Source of the DNA: Gammaproteobacteria bacterium
GTDB lineage: Bacteria > Pseudomonadota > Gammaproteobacteria > GCA-001735895
NCBI GenBank assembly: GCA_047629275.1
Contig: JBLHWR010000001.1
Span: 1-45,315, forward strand
Reading direction: 5' to 3'
DNA: 45,315 nt
Part shown: positions 36,026-45,315 of the stretch, one piece after another
Layout: each line of letters opens with the position of its first letter
Position numbering within the stretch: position 1 is the stretch's first letter
Notes under the pieces: model-generated
What the model was told of the DNA's origin: nothing
The model's input: only the letters and a program-made list of their open reading frames with translations
The model's database searches: none
Position numbers and translations under genes: made by a program

Positions 36026-36688
36026 ATGTCTTCTTACAGTGAAGCAGAAAAAGAGACAGTCTATCGTGTTATTAGCGAGCGACGTGACATGCGGCACTTT
36101 ACACAAGAAGCCGTTGATCCTGAAATTCTTAGAAAGTTAATTCATGCCGCCCAGCTTGCACCGAGCGTTGGTTTCATGCAGCCTTGGCGCTTCATTCGAA
36201 TTACTGACCCTTCCATACGGGATCAAATTTATGACCTTGCCCAAGCCGAAATTAAGTTAACCGGTGAGCAGCTCAAAGAAAAGAAAACGACCTACGCAAC
36301 ATTAAAGCTTGAAGGCATAAAAGATTGTGCCGAAATCTGGGTCGCTGCATTAATGGAAGGAAGAGACAAGTATATTCTTGGACGCCGCACTATGCCGGAA
36401 ATGGATCTAGCTTCATTGTCCTGTGCAATTCAAAATATTTGGTTGGCAGCCCGTGCTGAGGGTATTGGTATGGGCTGGGTTTCTTTTTTCAAACCGGATG
36501 ATCTGGCCAGTCTTTTATCGATGCCTAAAGATAGCTATCCTGCAGCGGTCCTATGCATTGGTCATGTTAAAGAGTTTTATTCTAAACCCTTACTCGAGCA
36601 AGCCGGATGGGATTCGCGAAGAGAGCTAGATGACATCCTCTATGAGAATAGTTGGGGTAATGCTTGTTCTATTATAAATGAGATATAA
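36026..36688 (+). CDS. bluB: 5,6-dimethylbenzimidazole synthase BluB (nitroreductase fold)
   Basis: VYRVISERRDMRHF......D.E.L..L..AA..APSVGFMQPWRFI is characteristic of BluB. An alternative TTG start lies at 36011. Confidence 0.85.
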   Translation: MSSYSEAEKETVYRVISERRDMRHFTQEAVDPEILRKLIHAAQLAPSVGFMQPWRFIRITDPSIRDQIYDLAQAEIKLTGEQLKEKKTTYATLKLEGIKDCAEIWVAALMEGRDKYILGRRTMPEMDLASLSCAIQNIWLAARAEGIGMGWVSFFKPDDLASLLSMPKDSYPAAVLCIGHVKEFYSKPLLEQAGWDSRRELDDILYENSWGNACSIINEI

Positions 36689-36867
36689 ATTCGAGAGCGG
36701 ATAAATAAGTCTTAACCTGCTTGATAGTTGGCTTAATTGCCCCACTTAAGTATAACAATAGATTATGGAGTAATGGATGTGGCCCTTCAAATTGATATTG
36801 GCAGTTAGGCCTTATGTATTAATTAGACTTTATTTATTAAACTAGTAAAACACTCGGGAAGAAAATA

Positions 36868-37812
36868 ATGGACTTTGTATTAGAATATTTATTAACCATA
36901 CAAACACTTGTATTGGTTTTAATTGTAATAGGGCTTAAAAGCTCAATTAAATTCGTTCCTCAAAATCGTGCTTATGTAATTGAACGTTTTGGTAAATATC
37001 AAACGACTAAAGAAGCGGGTTTAAATTTCATTCTACCCTTTATTGATCGCATATCTGCTGATCGTTCCCTTAAAGAAAAAGCTGTCGACGTGCCAGAACA
37101 AAGCGCTATTACGAAAGATAATATTTCCTTGTCTGTAGACGGAGTGCTTTATTTTCGTGTCCTGGATCCATACAAAGCAACTTATGGCATAGATGATTAT
37201 GAGTTCGCCGTAACGCAGTTGGCGCAAACAACGATGCGTTCTGAGCTTGGTAAAATGGAGCTCGATAAAACCTTCGAAGAGCGTGACGTGTTAAACACTA
37301 ACATTGTAGCTGCAATTAATGAGGCTTCTGGTCCATGGGGGATTCAGGTACTTCGTTATGAAATAAAGGATATAGTGCCACCACAGTCAGTTATGGAAGC
37401 AATGGAAGCACAGATGAAAGCCGAGCGGGTGAAGCGTGCTCAGATTCTGGAGTCGGAAGGTGACAGGCAAGCTGCCATTAATCGAGCTGAGGGTGCAAAA
37501 GCATCAGTGGTATTAGCCGCTGAAGCGGATAAAGAAGAGCAAGTTTTACGTGCAGAAGGTGAGGCAAAAGCGATTGTGGCTGTTGCATCTGCCCAAGCTG
37601 AAGCTCTAAGACAAGTGGGTAAGGCAGCGGCAACCGAAGAGGGTCAAAAGGCAGTTCAACTTGATTTGGCAACCAAGGCAATTGAAGCCAAGCAAGCCAT
37701 AGCCAAAGAATCTTCAGTCGTGTTGTTACCTGACAGCGGCTCTGATGTTGCCAGCGTTGTAGCTCAGGCGATGACGATCATAAACACGCTCAATAAAACT
37801 GTTGGAAGTTAA
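36868..37812 (+). CDS. SPFH/band-7 (stomatin/paraslipin, QmcA-like) membrane protein
   Basis: N-terminal anchor, FVPQNRAYVIERFGKY, an SPFH core, and an Ala/Glu-rich coiled-coil C-terminus. Confidence 0.88.
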   Translation: MDFVLEYLLTIQTLVLVLIVIGLKSSIKFVPQNRAYVIERFGKYQTTKEAGLNFILPFIDRISADRSLKEKAVDVPEQSAITKDNISLSVDGVLYFRVLDPYKATYGIDDYEFAVTQLAQTTMRSELGKMELDKTFEERDVLNTNIVAAINEASGPWGIQVLRYEIKDIVPPQSVMEAMEAQMKAERVKRAQILESEGDRQAAINRAEGAKASVVLAAEADKEEQVLRAEGEAKAIVAVASAQAEALRQVGKAAATEEGQKAVQLDLATKAIEAKQAIAKESSVVLLPDSGSDVASVVAQAMTIINTLNKTVGS

Positions 37813-37814
37813 AA

Positions 37815-38273
37815 ATGAATTGGATAAGCAATAATTTATCTGAAAGTTTAATTATGGCCGGTTTGGCATTGCTTGTTCTAGAAGTTGTGGTTTTGGGTTT
37901 TTCAACCTTCGTATTGTTTTTTGTTGGTCTTGCTGCATTGATAACAGGTGGTCTTATGGCCATTGGTGTTGTTCCGGAATCGACGCTGAGCGCGTTCTCC
38001 AGCATCGGGATATTAACCGCTTTATTGGCCATGTTTTTGTGGCGCCCGTTGAAGTCTATACAAGGCAATGTTGATAGTAAGAAAGTTACGAGTGATTTAG
38101 TTGGACACAGTTTTATTTTAAAAGAAGCTGTGTCAATGACCAAAAATCCTCCATACCGTTATTCAGGTATCGATTGGAATCTCAGTAGTGAAAAAGAATT
38201 GTCAGCAGGTACTCCAGTTGAAGTGACTGTAGTTGCTGTTGGGAAATTTATTATTCAAGAAAAAATCTCATAG
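37815..38273 (+). CDS. NfeD-family membrane protein (YbbJ-like), partner of the SPFH protein
   Basis: Hydrophobic N-terminal half and a C-terminal OB-like soluble domain. Starts 2 nt after the SPFH gene. Confidence 0.8.
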   Translation: MNWISNNLSESLIMAGLALLVLEVVVLGFSTFVLFFVGLAALITGGLMAIGVVPESTLSAFSSIGILTALLAMFLWRPLKSIQGNVDSKKVTSDLVGHSFILKEAVSMTKNPPYRYSGIDWNLSSEKELSAGTPVEVTVVAVGKFIIQEKIS

Positions 38274-38475
38274 ACTTTTACCTCTAAAGTACTTGGTTAA
38301 AAATCACAAAATTAAAGCGCCCACCATAGTCAACTAGATCTCTCACAGGTCAGTCAACCACGGTGAAAAGCTTGATTCTAAAGGGTACTTTGCTGATTTG
38401 ATATCAGCGGTTAGTGTCTCTACTTCTCGTATATTTCAACAACATTAACATCGCTGGCTTGTTAAGGAATTAGCG

Positions 38476-39390
38476 TTAGGCTGAGTTGATGAGTGCTGTG
38501 GTGGCACGTTTGTGCTCGATTTTTTCATACCAGCTAATACTAATACCTGCCAAAATGATGAGAATACCGCCCGTGTACATGGTTGTGCTGGGTTGCTCGT
38601 CAAACATAAACCAGCCGATCAGTATCGCCCAGATTACGGCGATATATTCAAAAGGCGCAATTACATGCACTCGAGCAAACTGATAAGCGTGAGTAATGGT
38701 ATATTGTGCAAAAACAGTGATGCAGCCGAGCAATATCATCGACAATAGGGCTGTCAAGTCGGGTGTTTGCCAATGAAATAGCATAAAGCTACCCGTGATA
38801 ATTAAAAAAGCTAGAGCGGCATAAAATATCATAAGTTCGCTGTTCTCATTCTTGCCCATTTTCCTAGTTTGAATTGCTAACATAGCAAAGAAGAACGCCC
38901 CAGATAGTGCATATAGACTACCCTCAACATTAAGGCCTTGAGCTGTCGGCTGAATGACAATCAGTACGCCAATAAAGCCAACCAGTAAAATCATTATTCG
39001 GCGCCAACCGACGGGTTCACCGAGTAACGGTCCCGCCAGTAGGGTCATAAATAAAGGCGCTGTGAGACCAATAGAAGTAGCGTTAGCCAGAGGCATTTGC
39101 GTAACTGCCATGTAATAAGTAAAAAACGCCAGAAAATTAAATACAGTGCGATACAAATGATCGAGTGGGTGATGGGTAATAAATCCACTTTTTCCCTGTT
39201 TGAACGAAATGTAAAAACCCGCAGCAATCACGATGACTAGGCTTCGTACAAACAGCAATTGCAGCAGCCAGTAGTCACTAGCCAGCCATTTGATAAAAGC
39301 ATCCTGCACGGAGAACAACGTCATCGAGGTAAGGCCAAGTGCAATTGCGATTGCTGGCTTATTATGGCGGCCGTGCTTAAGAATTGTCAC
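38476..39390 (-). CDS. EamA/DMT-family transporter
   Basis: About ten helices in two EamA-like halves. 304 aa, GTG start. Confidence 0.8.
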   Translation of the reverse strand: MTILKHGRHNKPAIAIALGLTSMTLFSVQDAFIKWLASDYWLLQLLFVRSLVIVIAAGFYISFKQGKSGFITHHPLDHLYRTVFNFLAFFTYYMAVTQMPLANATSIGLTAPLFMTLLAGPLLGEPVGWRRIMILLVGFIGVLIVIQPTAQGLNVEGSLYALSGAFFFAMLAIQTRKMGKNENSELMIFYAALAFLIITGSFMLFHWQTPDLTALLSMILLGCITVFAQYTITHAYQFARVHVIAPFEYIAVIWAILIGWFMFDEQPSTTMYTGGILIILAGISISWYEKIEHKRATTALINSA

Positions 39391-39622
39391 AGACTAAGAA
39401 TGAACATAAATTAGAATTAAACATTGAACAAATGTACCTCTGAAGCATTGTGATTGAAACTAATATTATTCGTTATTTTCTTTGCCACTTGTTTGAGTCT
39501 AATTTTATGGGTCCAAGTATTTTATTTAAAGTAGGCGGTTACATGCAGGAGTAACAAGTTTATGTAGATTTTTTCCAATGTAGGCATAATATTAAGTTAA
39601 TAAAAATTCTAAAGGTAACGTT

Positions 39623-41023
39623 ATGACAGACAGCCTCTATCAATTATCTGCTATCGAACTAGTGCAAAAATTAAAATCAGGGCAGGTCACTATCCGCGAC
39701 TGCTTGGAAAGTGTGCAGAAACGAATCAATCAAACTGACGATGCAATTAATGCATTACCAACCTTATGCTTTGATCGTGCAATTGATCAGGCAGATAAAA
39801 TTCAGGCACTGCCAGTAGAACAACGGGGGTTGCTTGCGGGTCTTCCAGTGACGATAAAAGATTTAACCCCAGTCGCTAATGTCAGAACAACTTTTGGTTC
39901 TCGAACCTACGAAAATTTCATCCCCCAGCAATCCGATCGACTGGTGCAGAGACTAGAGCAACAGGGTGCTGTTATTTATGCTAAGTCAAATACACCTGAA
40001 TTTGGAACAGGTGGCATTACGTTCAATGATGTTTTTGGCGTTACTCGCACGCCACGCAATATTAAATATGCGTCTGGTGGATCGTCTGGTGGAGCGGCGG
40101 CATCACTAGCGGCAGGTAGTGCTTGGCTCTCACATGGTTCAGATATGGCGGGTTCTTTAAGGACACCTGCCGCTTTTTGTGGTGTTTGCAGTTTGCGACC
40201 ATCCCCAGGGAAAATTGTGGCTGATTCTGACTATATGCCATTCGATATTCTCGGAGAGGAGGGTCCTATGGCGCGAAATATCAAAGATCTTGGACTATTC
40301 GCCGATGCCATGATGAACGACCGTGTAGAGTCGATGCTAGATGCTGCAAGGTCTCCCTTAAAACCAGTCAAAGTAGCCATTAGTAATGACTTGGGGATTG
40401 CCAATGTAAGTGATGACGTGTTAAACGGTTTTTCCCAATTGATTGATAACTTGGTAAGTAATAATGTCATTATTGAAATACAGGCACCCGATCTTAGTGG
40501 CGTTCACGATGTTTTTGATGTCCTTCGTGCTCAGGCTTATGCAGTGTCAATGGAACAAATTCTATTCGACAATCCGAGTGTTTTGAAGCCTGAGGTTGAA
40601 TGGAATATCAAGTCTGGCCTGTCCTTGAGTTCAGATAAAATTCGACATGCGATTCGCAACCAAGGACAAATTATTAACCGCGCGTTTAACTTCATGAAAA
40701 ATTATGATTTACTCATCTGTCCAGCCACTAGCGTCTTATCAGTAGAGGCTGAGTTGCGTTACCCGGGATCAGATGATGTGCCAATTCCTGAATATTATCG
40801 TTGGTTAGCGATTGCTTATGCGACCACGGTGACGTGTTTACCGATTATTACATTACCGTGCGGATTGGGTAAAAATGGTATGCCGATAGGGGTGCAATTG
40901 ATCGGTAAACCGGGTGGTGAAGCTCTGTTATTCCGCCATGCGGCTGCCATCGAAGCCATGATCAACTGGTCTTCATTGCCGATAGATCCTGTAGATTTAA
41001 GTGATTCTTCAAGGTTAATTTAA
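39623..41023 (+). CDS. Amidase-signature (AS) family amidase
   Basis: GGSSGGAAASLAAG plus GSDMAGSLRTPA signature. 466 aa. Confidence 0.88.
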   Translation: MTDSLYQLSAIELVQKLKSGQVTIRDCLESVQKRINQTDDAINALPTLCFDRAIDQADKIQALPVEQRGLLAGLPVTIKDLTPVANVRTTFGSRTYENFIPQQSDRLVQRLEQQGAVIYAKSNTPEFGTGGITFNDVFGVTRTPRNIKYASGGSSGGAAASLAAGSAWLSHGSDMAGSLRTPAAFCGVCSLRPSPGKIVADSDYMPFDILGEEGPMARNIKDLGLFADAMMNDRVESMLDAARSPLKPVKVAISNDLGIANVSDDVLNGFSQLIDNLVSNNVIIEIQAPDLSGVHDVFDVLRAQAYAVSMEQILFDNPSVLKPEVEWNIKSGLSLSSDKIRHAIRNQGQIINRAFNFMKNYDLLICPATSVLSVEAELRYPGSDDVPIPEYYRWLAIAYATTVTCLPIITLPCGLGKNGMPIGVQLIGKPGGEALLFRHAAAIEAMINWSSLPIDPVDLSDSSRLI

Positions 41024-41028
41024 AATAA

Positions 41029-41038
41029 TGTGATCACA
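41029..41038. repeat. Perfect palindrome TGTGATCACA. AATGTGATCAC is repeated at 41178-41188 over the candidate potA promoter.
   Basis: Read directly from the sequence. Confidence 0.5.
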
Positions 41039-41236
41039 ATGTTATTTAGATTGATTGTATAAATAAACTAAAATTTCTATTTAAATCATTGATATATATC
41101 GGCTATCGATTGAAAATTTCTAATCAAAACAGTATGGAATAGGGTTAACGGATATTTCAGTATTGACTTAATCAGTCAATGTGATCACTATTAGTGGCTA
41201 TAATCTCCGCTACAATTACTGAAACACAGGGTAACA

Positions 41237-42325
41237 ATGTCTGATACTGTTGCAATAAAAGTTAACCAAGTCAGTAAAAAATTCGGTCAAGGTACAGAAG
41301 CCGTATTTGCACTTGATAACGTCTCTGTGGAAATCATGGAGAACGAATTTTTTACCCTTCTGGGACCTTCAGGTTGCGGTAAAACAACGCTATTGCGCCT
41401 AATTGCTGGGTTTGAACATCCTAGTTCTGGGGAAATCTTGCTAAATGGCGAATCAATTTCTGGACTTCCACCCTATCTTCGACCAGTCAATACCGTATTC
41501 CAGAACTATGCTCTTTTCCCCCACATGACCGTTGCCGAAAACATTGGCTTTGGCCTATCTATGCAAGATAAGCCCAGCAGTGAAATTGATGCCACGGTTA
41601 ATGAAATGCTGCAACTGGTACAAATGGAGTCATTGCGAGATCGACGTACCGACCAAATATCTGGCGGTCAACAGCAGAGGGTTGCATTGGCTCGGGCGTT
41701 AGCACCCCATCCGCGCGTTTTGCTTCTCGATGAACCACTTTCAGCACTTGATTATAAGTTGCGCAAAGGAATGCAAATTGAACTAAAACGTTTGCAACTG
41801 GAAACTGGCATTACCTTTATCTTTGTCACTCATGACCAAGAAGAGGCTTTAACCATGTCAGATCGCGTCGCAGTAATGAACAAAGGCCAGATTTTACAGG
41901 TTGGCAGCCCACACGATATTTATGATCGACCAGCAGAACGTTTTGTTGCCGATTTTATTGGTGATACTAATTTCCTCACCGCTAAACTCATTGAATCGAA
42001 TTCCGACTCGTCATTATTAAAACTCAGTTCGGGTAAAATCCTGACATCGGGTCCATCACAATCGGCCGTAAACTCTATAGTTAATGTCACAATACGGCCA
42101 GAGCAAGCTGTATTAGTAGAAGACACAGACTCAGCTGACCTAACTGGTAAGGTCACTAACGTGCTTTACTCGGGTAACGACTCTCAATTCCATATCAAAC
42201 TTGCTTCGGAAGAAAATTTCGTCGTTAAGGTTCAAAATAGTGGGACTAGTCAATGCAACTGGAAAGCAGGACAAACTCTCGGTATTAATATTCATCCCGG
42301 TGCGGCTCAGATTTTGAGGGATTAA
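41237..42325 (+). CDS. potA: Spermidine/putrescine ABC transporter ATP-binding protein
   Basis: Walker [10 protein letters not shown], signature [15 protein letters not shown], Walker B LLLDEP, C-terminal TOBE-like region. Confidence 0.9.
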   Translation: MSDTVAIKVNQVSKKFGQGTEAVFALDNVSVEIMENEFFTLLGPSGCGKTTLLRLIAGFEHPSSGEILLNGESISGLPPYLRPVNTVFQNYALFPHMTVAENIGFGLSMQDKPSSEIDATVNEMLQLVQMESLRDRRTDQISGGQQQRVALARALAPHPRVLLLDEPLSALDYKLRKGMQIELKRLQLETGITFIFVTHDQEEALTMSDRVAVMNKGQILQVGSPHDIYDRPAERFVADFIGDTNFLTAKLIESNSDSSLLKLSSGKILTSGPSQSAVNSIVNVTIRPEQAVLVEDTDSADLTGKVTNVLYSGNDSQFHIKLASEENFVVKVQNSGTSQCNWKAGQTLGINIHPGAAQILRD

Positions 42326-42333
42326 TAATAGAT

Positions 42334-43266
42334 ATGTCTGGAGATACGCCAAAACTTTCAATTGCTGAGCAATCTGCGCAAAAGCAGGAAGTGAAACTCA
42401 ATATTTTATTGTGCTTGCCAGCCTTAGTTGTACTGTTTGTTGCGGCTTCTGGACCGTTGCTGGTGATGTTATTTTACTCGTTCCTCACACCTGGAGATTA
42501 TGGTGGGGTCGAATATCACCTGTCTTTTGATGGTTGGTTTAATGTATTTTTCTTTCGTGACATTTTTGACGACGTACTGACAATTGCCGATGCGCATTTT
42601 TCAATTTTGTGGCGTTCAATTCGACTATCAGTCATTACCACAGTGGCTTGTTTAATTTTTGGGTTTCCGACGGCTTATTTTATTGCAACTCGACCGCAAA
42701 AAAGCCGAAATTTCTGGTTGTTTCTGGTCACTATTCCATTTTGGACTAATTTGTTGATTCGGACTTTTGCGATTATGGAAGTCATTCGAAACAAAGGTGT
42801 CGTTAACAATGCACTGATTGACCTTGGTTTGTTACAAGAGCCAATACAAATGCTCTATACCGATTTTGCGATCATTTTGGGCATGACTTATGTTTACTTG
42901 CCCTTGATGATATTGCCACTATACGCTTCAATGGAAAAACTTGATTTCAGTCTAGTCGAAGCCGCTTATGATCTTTATGCGACCCGCATACGTGTATTGC
43001 GTAAAATTATTATCCCCCTCATTAAGCCCGGCATTGTAGCCGGCTCGATACTGGTGTTTATACCGTCTCTCGGTGCGTTTGTAACACCAAGAGTTTTGGG
43101 TGGCGGCAAAAATTTGATGCTGGGTAACTTGATTGAGCTACAGTTTGGACAGGGCCAAAACTGGCCACTCGGTGCGGCATTATCGATCACTTTATTGATC
43201 ATTGTTATGGTGGCTCTATTGCTTTATGTCAAAAATGCGCAACGCTCTGGAGTAAAACATGGCTAA
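42334..43266 (+). CDS. potB: Polyamine ABC transporter permease
   Basis: Six-helix permease with EAA loop EAAYDLYATRIRVLRKIIIPLIKPG. Confidence 0.88.
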   Translation: MSGDTPKLSIAEQSAQKQEVKLNILLCLPALVVLFVAASGPLLVMLFYSFLTPGDYGGVEYHLSFDGWFNVFFFRDIFDDVLTIADAHFSILWRSIRLSVITTVACLIFGFPTAYFIATRPQKSRNFWLFLVTIPFWTNLLIRTFAIMEVIRNKGVVNNALIDLGLLQEPIQMLYTDFAIILGMTYVYLPLMILPLYASMEKLDFSLVEAAYDLYATRIRVLRKIIIPLIKPGIVAGSILVFIPSLGAFVTPRVLGGGKNLMLGNLIELQFGQGQNWPLGAALSITLLIIVMVALLLYVKNAQRSGVKHG

Positions 43267-44077
43267 TTATCCGTTGGCTAGCAAAGCATTTTCGGTGCGT
43301 AAACTACCTGGGTTTACCTTTACCGCTTTGACCTGTTTTCTAATGTTATATGCACCGATCATGGTGCTGGTGGGTTATTCATTCAATTCTGGCTCTTCGC
43401 TCGCACTTTGGGAGGGTTTTTCTTTGCGATGGTATGCGTCAGCTTGGCAAAACGACAAAGTGCAGGACGCGACAATACTGTCCCTTATTATTGCGGTGCA
43501 GGCTGCATTTTACGCTACCGTACTAGCGACTATGGCTGCTCTTGGTACAACTCGGACTAGACCATATAAGGGACAGACTGCAATTTATACAATGATTAAT
43601 CAGCCGATAATGGTGCCAGAAATTGTCACTGCAGTGGCATTGTTAATTTGTTTTGCCGCGATTAAGCAACTGACAGGTTATCAGGGCCTAGGTTATCTGA
43701 TCATAGCGCATACCGCTTTTTGTATCCCCTTTGCTTATCTGCCGATTCGCGCAAGACTTGAAGGTATGGATCGATCACTAGAAATAGCAGCAGCTGACTT
43801 GTATGCAACGCCTTGGCGTTGTTTTTATCGTGTCACTTTGCCACTCATGTGGCCAGGCATTCTAGCCGGTTCGATGCTTGCTTTTGTTATTTCTTTGGAC
43901 GATGTCGTTATTACAGAATTTGTTAAATCTGCTGGTCAGGATACTTTACCGACCTATATGCTTGGGCAGTTGCGTCGGGTTATTACCCCTGAAATGAACG
44001 CAATTTCGAGTTTATTATTACTCGTTTCGATTTTGATGGTTTCATTGATTTTCTTGCTCAACCGTAAGAAAGCTTGA
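43259..44077 (+). CDS. potC: Polyamine ABC transporter permease
   Basis: EAA loop EIAAADLYATPWRCFYRVTLPLMWPG. Overlaps the potB end. Confidence 0.88.
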   Translation: MANYPLASKAFSVRKLPGFTFTALTCFLMLYAPIMVLVGYSFNSGSSLALWEGFSLRWYASAWQNDKVQDATILSLIIAVQAAFYATVLATMAALGTTRTRPYKGQTAIYTMINQPIMVPEIVTAVALLICFAAIKQLTGYQGLGYLIIAHTAFCIPFAYLPIRARLEGMDRSLEIAAADLYATPWRCFYRVTLPLMWPGILAGSMLAFVISLDDVVITEFVKSAGQDTLPTYMLGQLRRVITPEMNAISSLLLLVSILMVSLIFLLNRKKA

Positions 44078-44113
44078 ATGTGCAGTACTAACCTACACCC
44101 ACTGGAGTTTAAT

Positions 44114-45148
44114 ATGAAATATATGTTCAAAAAATCTGTTGCGGCCATCGCAATGGTTGCTGTTAGCAGCACCGGCTATGCCGCAGGGGAATTGAATTTA
44201 TTCAATTGGGGCAATTACACCAGTCCTGAATTAATCACAAAGTTTGAAAAACAATATGACGTCAAAGTCACTGTCACCGACTATGACTCAAACAGCACTG
44301 CTTTGGCTAAAGTAAAAGCTGGTGGTCATGGTTATGACCTTGTGGTGCCGTCTGCTAATTACATGCAAATTTGGGTCAGTGAAGGGCTTCTACTCGAATC
44401 TCGCCCAGATAAGATGTCAAACTTTAAGCATATTTTACCTGAGTTCGCTAACCCTGAATGGGATGAAGGGCGTCGTTACTCAGTACCATGGCAATGGGGT
44501 AGTGTTGGCATGATTGTGGATACTTCTGTTTATAACGGGAATATTAATACAGCTTCGATTTATCTTGATCCACCTGACGAATTGAAGGGCAAGATAAACG
44601 TAACGCCTGAAATGAATGACGTTATTAATTCAACCATCATGTACCTTGGGGGCGATCCCTGTACTACTGATAAGACATTGCTAAAAAAAGTTCGTGACAA
44701 ACTGATTGCAGCAAAGCCGCATTGGTTATCAATGGATTATGGCGTAATTGAAAAATTTGCTGGACGTGATCTGGCTGCTTCTTTGTATTGGAATGGAGCA
44801 TCATTCCGTGCTCGTAAAAAGAATCCAGATGTTCGTTTCGGTTATCCTCAGGAAGGCTTTGCGTTATGGATGGATAGCGTTGCGGTATTGAAAGATGCTA
44901 AAAATGTTGAAAACGCCAAGCTTTTTCAAAACTTCATTATGATGCCTGAAAATGCTGCTTTGATTTCATCTTTTGCACGTTATGCGAATGGCATTAAAGG
45001 CTCGTCTGAGTTTATGCCAGCCGATATGAAAGATGCTCCAGAAATTATTATTGATCCGAAACTGGCTGGCGCTGGAAAATTTTTACCTGCCTGCTCTCCA
45101 GAGGCAACAAAAATTTACACTGCTATCTGGACTGAGTTACAGAAGTAG
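44114..45148 (+). CDS. potD: Periplasmic spermidine/putrescine-binding protein (PotD/PotF family)
   Basis: Signal peptide MKYMFKKSVAAIAMVAVSSTGYAAG then LNLFNWGNY. GGAG lies 6 nt before the ATG at 44114. The track ORF from 44078 is an upstream extension. Confidence 0.88.
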   Translation: MKYMFKKSVAAIAMVAVSSTGYAAGELNLFNWGNYTSPELITKFEKQYDVKVTVTDYDSNSTALAKVKAGGHGYDLVVPSANYMQIWVSEGLLLESRPDKMSNFKHILPEFANPEWDEGRRYSVPWQWGSVGMIVDTSVYNGNINTASIYLDPPDELKGKINVTPEMNDVINSTIMYLGGDPCTTDKTLLKKVRDKLIAAKPHWLSMDYGVIEKFAGRDLAASLYWNGASFRARKKNPDVRFGYPQEGFALWMDSVAVLKDAKNVENAKLFQNFIMMPENAALISSFARYANGIKGSSEFMPADMKDAPEIIIDPKLAGAGKFLPACSPEATKIYTAIWTELQK

Positions 45149-45160
45149 TCGTTATTGTTT

Positions 45161-45190
45161 TAATAAGGGCTACTCAGGTAGCCCTTATTA
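45161..45190 (+). terminator. Hairpin terminator after potD
   Basis: TAATAAGGGCTAC (45161-45173), loop TCAG, GTAGCCCTTATTA (45178-45190). The trailing T-run is weak. Confidence 0.65.
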
Positions 45191-45229
45191 ATTTAACCTA
45201 AATTAAGTTAGAAACGAGTGATTGAGATC

Positions 45230-45315
45230 ATGCAGGTTTTTCCAGTCTTACCAGAACAAAGAGTTCCACACCAAGACTGGGATCGAGCGCCCTGGAATCG
45301 TTGGTCATTCCAAAA
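45230..45315 (+). CDS. 5-prime end of an ORF (MQVFPVLPEQRVPHQDWDRAPWNRWSFQ...), possibly a beta-lactamase-fold serine hydrolase; truncated by the window
   Basis: ATG at 45230, open to the window end. The PWNRWSFQ N-terminal motif resembles 6-aminohexanoate-dimer-hydrolase-like serine hydrolases. Recalled from memory only. Confidence 0.3.
   Translation, partial: MQVFPVLPEQRVPHQDWDRAPWNRWSFQ

Noticed and set aside
36868-38273. SPFH/NfeD pair as a novel system
   Set aside because: This two-gene operon is a widespread, well-known arrangement (QmcA/YbbJ-like). Nothing unusual is seen in its sequence or context.
1-45315. CRISPR arrays, tandem repeats, tRNA/rRNA genes, IS elements, integrases, toxin-antitoxin pairs or known defence genes
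   Set aside because: I scanned the long spacers (6744-7090, 8915-9753, 14528-15344, 15972-16330, 27350-28346) and all ORF translations by eye. I found no regularly spaced direct repeats, no tRNA-like T-arm/acceptor patterns, and no transposase, recombinase or nuclease/ATPase defence signatures. A by-eye search can miss degenerate elements.

Overview
This is a gene-dense, mostly plus-strand chromosomal segment that looks proteobacterial: it carries System I cytochrome c maturation genes and an AprM-type APS reductase. It is moderately AT-rich by eye. I found no rRNA, tRNA, CRISPR array, transposase, integrase or recognisable defence genes.

Gene order:
- 1-395 (-): 5-prime part of a PhnD-like binding-fold gene.
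- 607-6743: N-demethylation cassette (non-Pyl MttB-family methyltransferase, XRE-HTH regulator, DAO-family flavoprotein, DMGDH/SarDH-GcvT fusion).
- 7091-13009: sulfite/APS module (sat, a YfcE-like metallophosphoesterase, an 840-bp non-coding leader, then aprM-aprB-aprA ending in a strong terminator).
- 13184-14527: three-gene unit (hypothetical protein, SlyD-like FKBP, HIT protein).
- 14702-17305: an untracked 53-aa minus-strand ORF, an orphan 208-aa protein, and a YheT-like hydrolase (-).
- 17376-24335: complete ccmABCDEFGHI.
- 24371-27349: a single-domain rhodanese (-), then cobQ and cbiB.
- 27350-28346: a 1-kb ORF-free AT-rich region.
- 28347-35771: a nine-gene Mrp/Mbh-type membrane cluster.
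- 36026-45315: bluB, an SPFH/NfeD pair, an EamA transporter (-), an amidase, potABCD, and the start of another ORF.

The parts most worth a second look:
- The Mbh-ordered Mrp-like cluster. It has three antiporter-like subunits, a fused MrpA-C-terminal/MrpB protein and an extra small membrane protein.
- Three unusually long non-coding leaders that share a GGCAGTGGCATG-type element in front of sat, aprMBA and the Mrp-like operon.
- The MttB cassette, which has no corrinoid partner genes.
- The HIT/FKBP/unknown unit next to apr.

All functional calls come from reading the translated sequences for motifs. No database search was possible.
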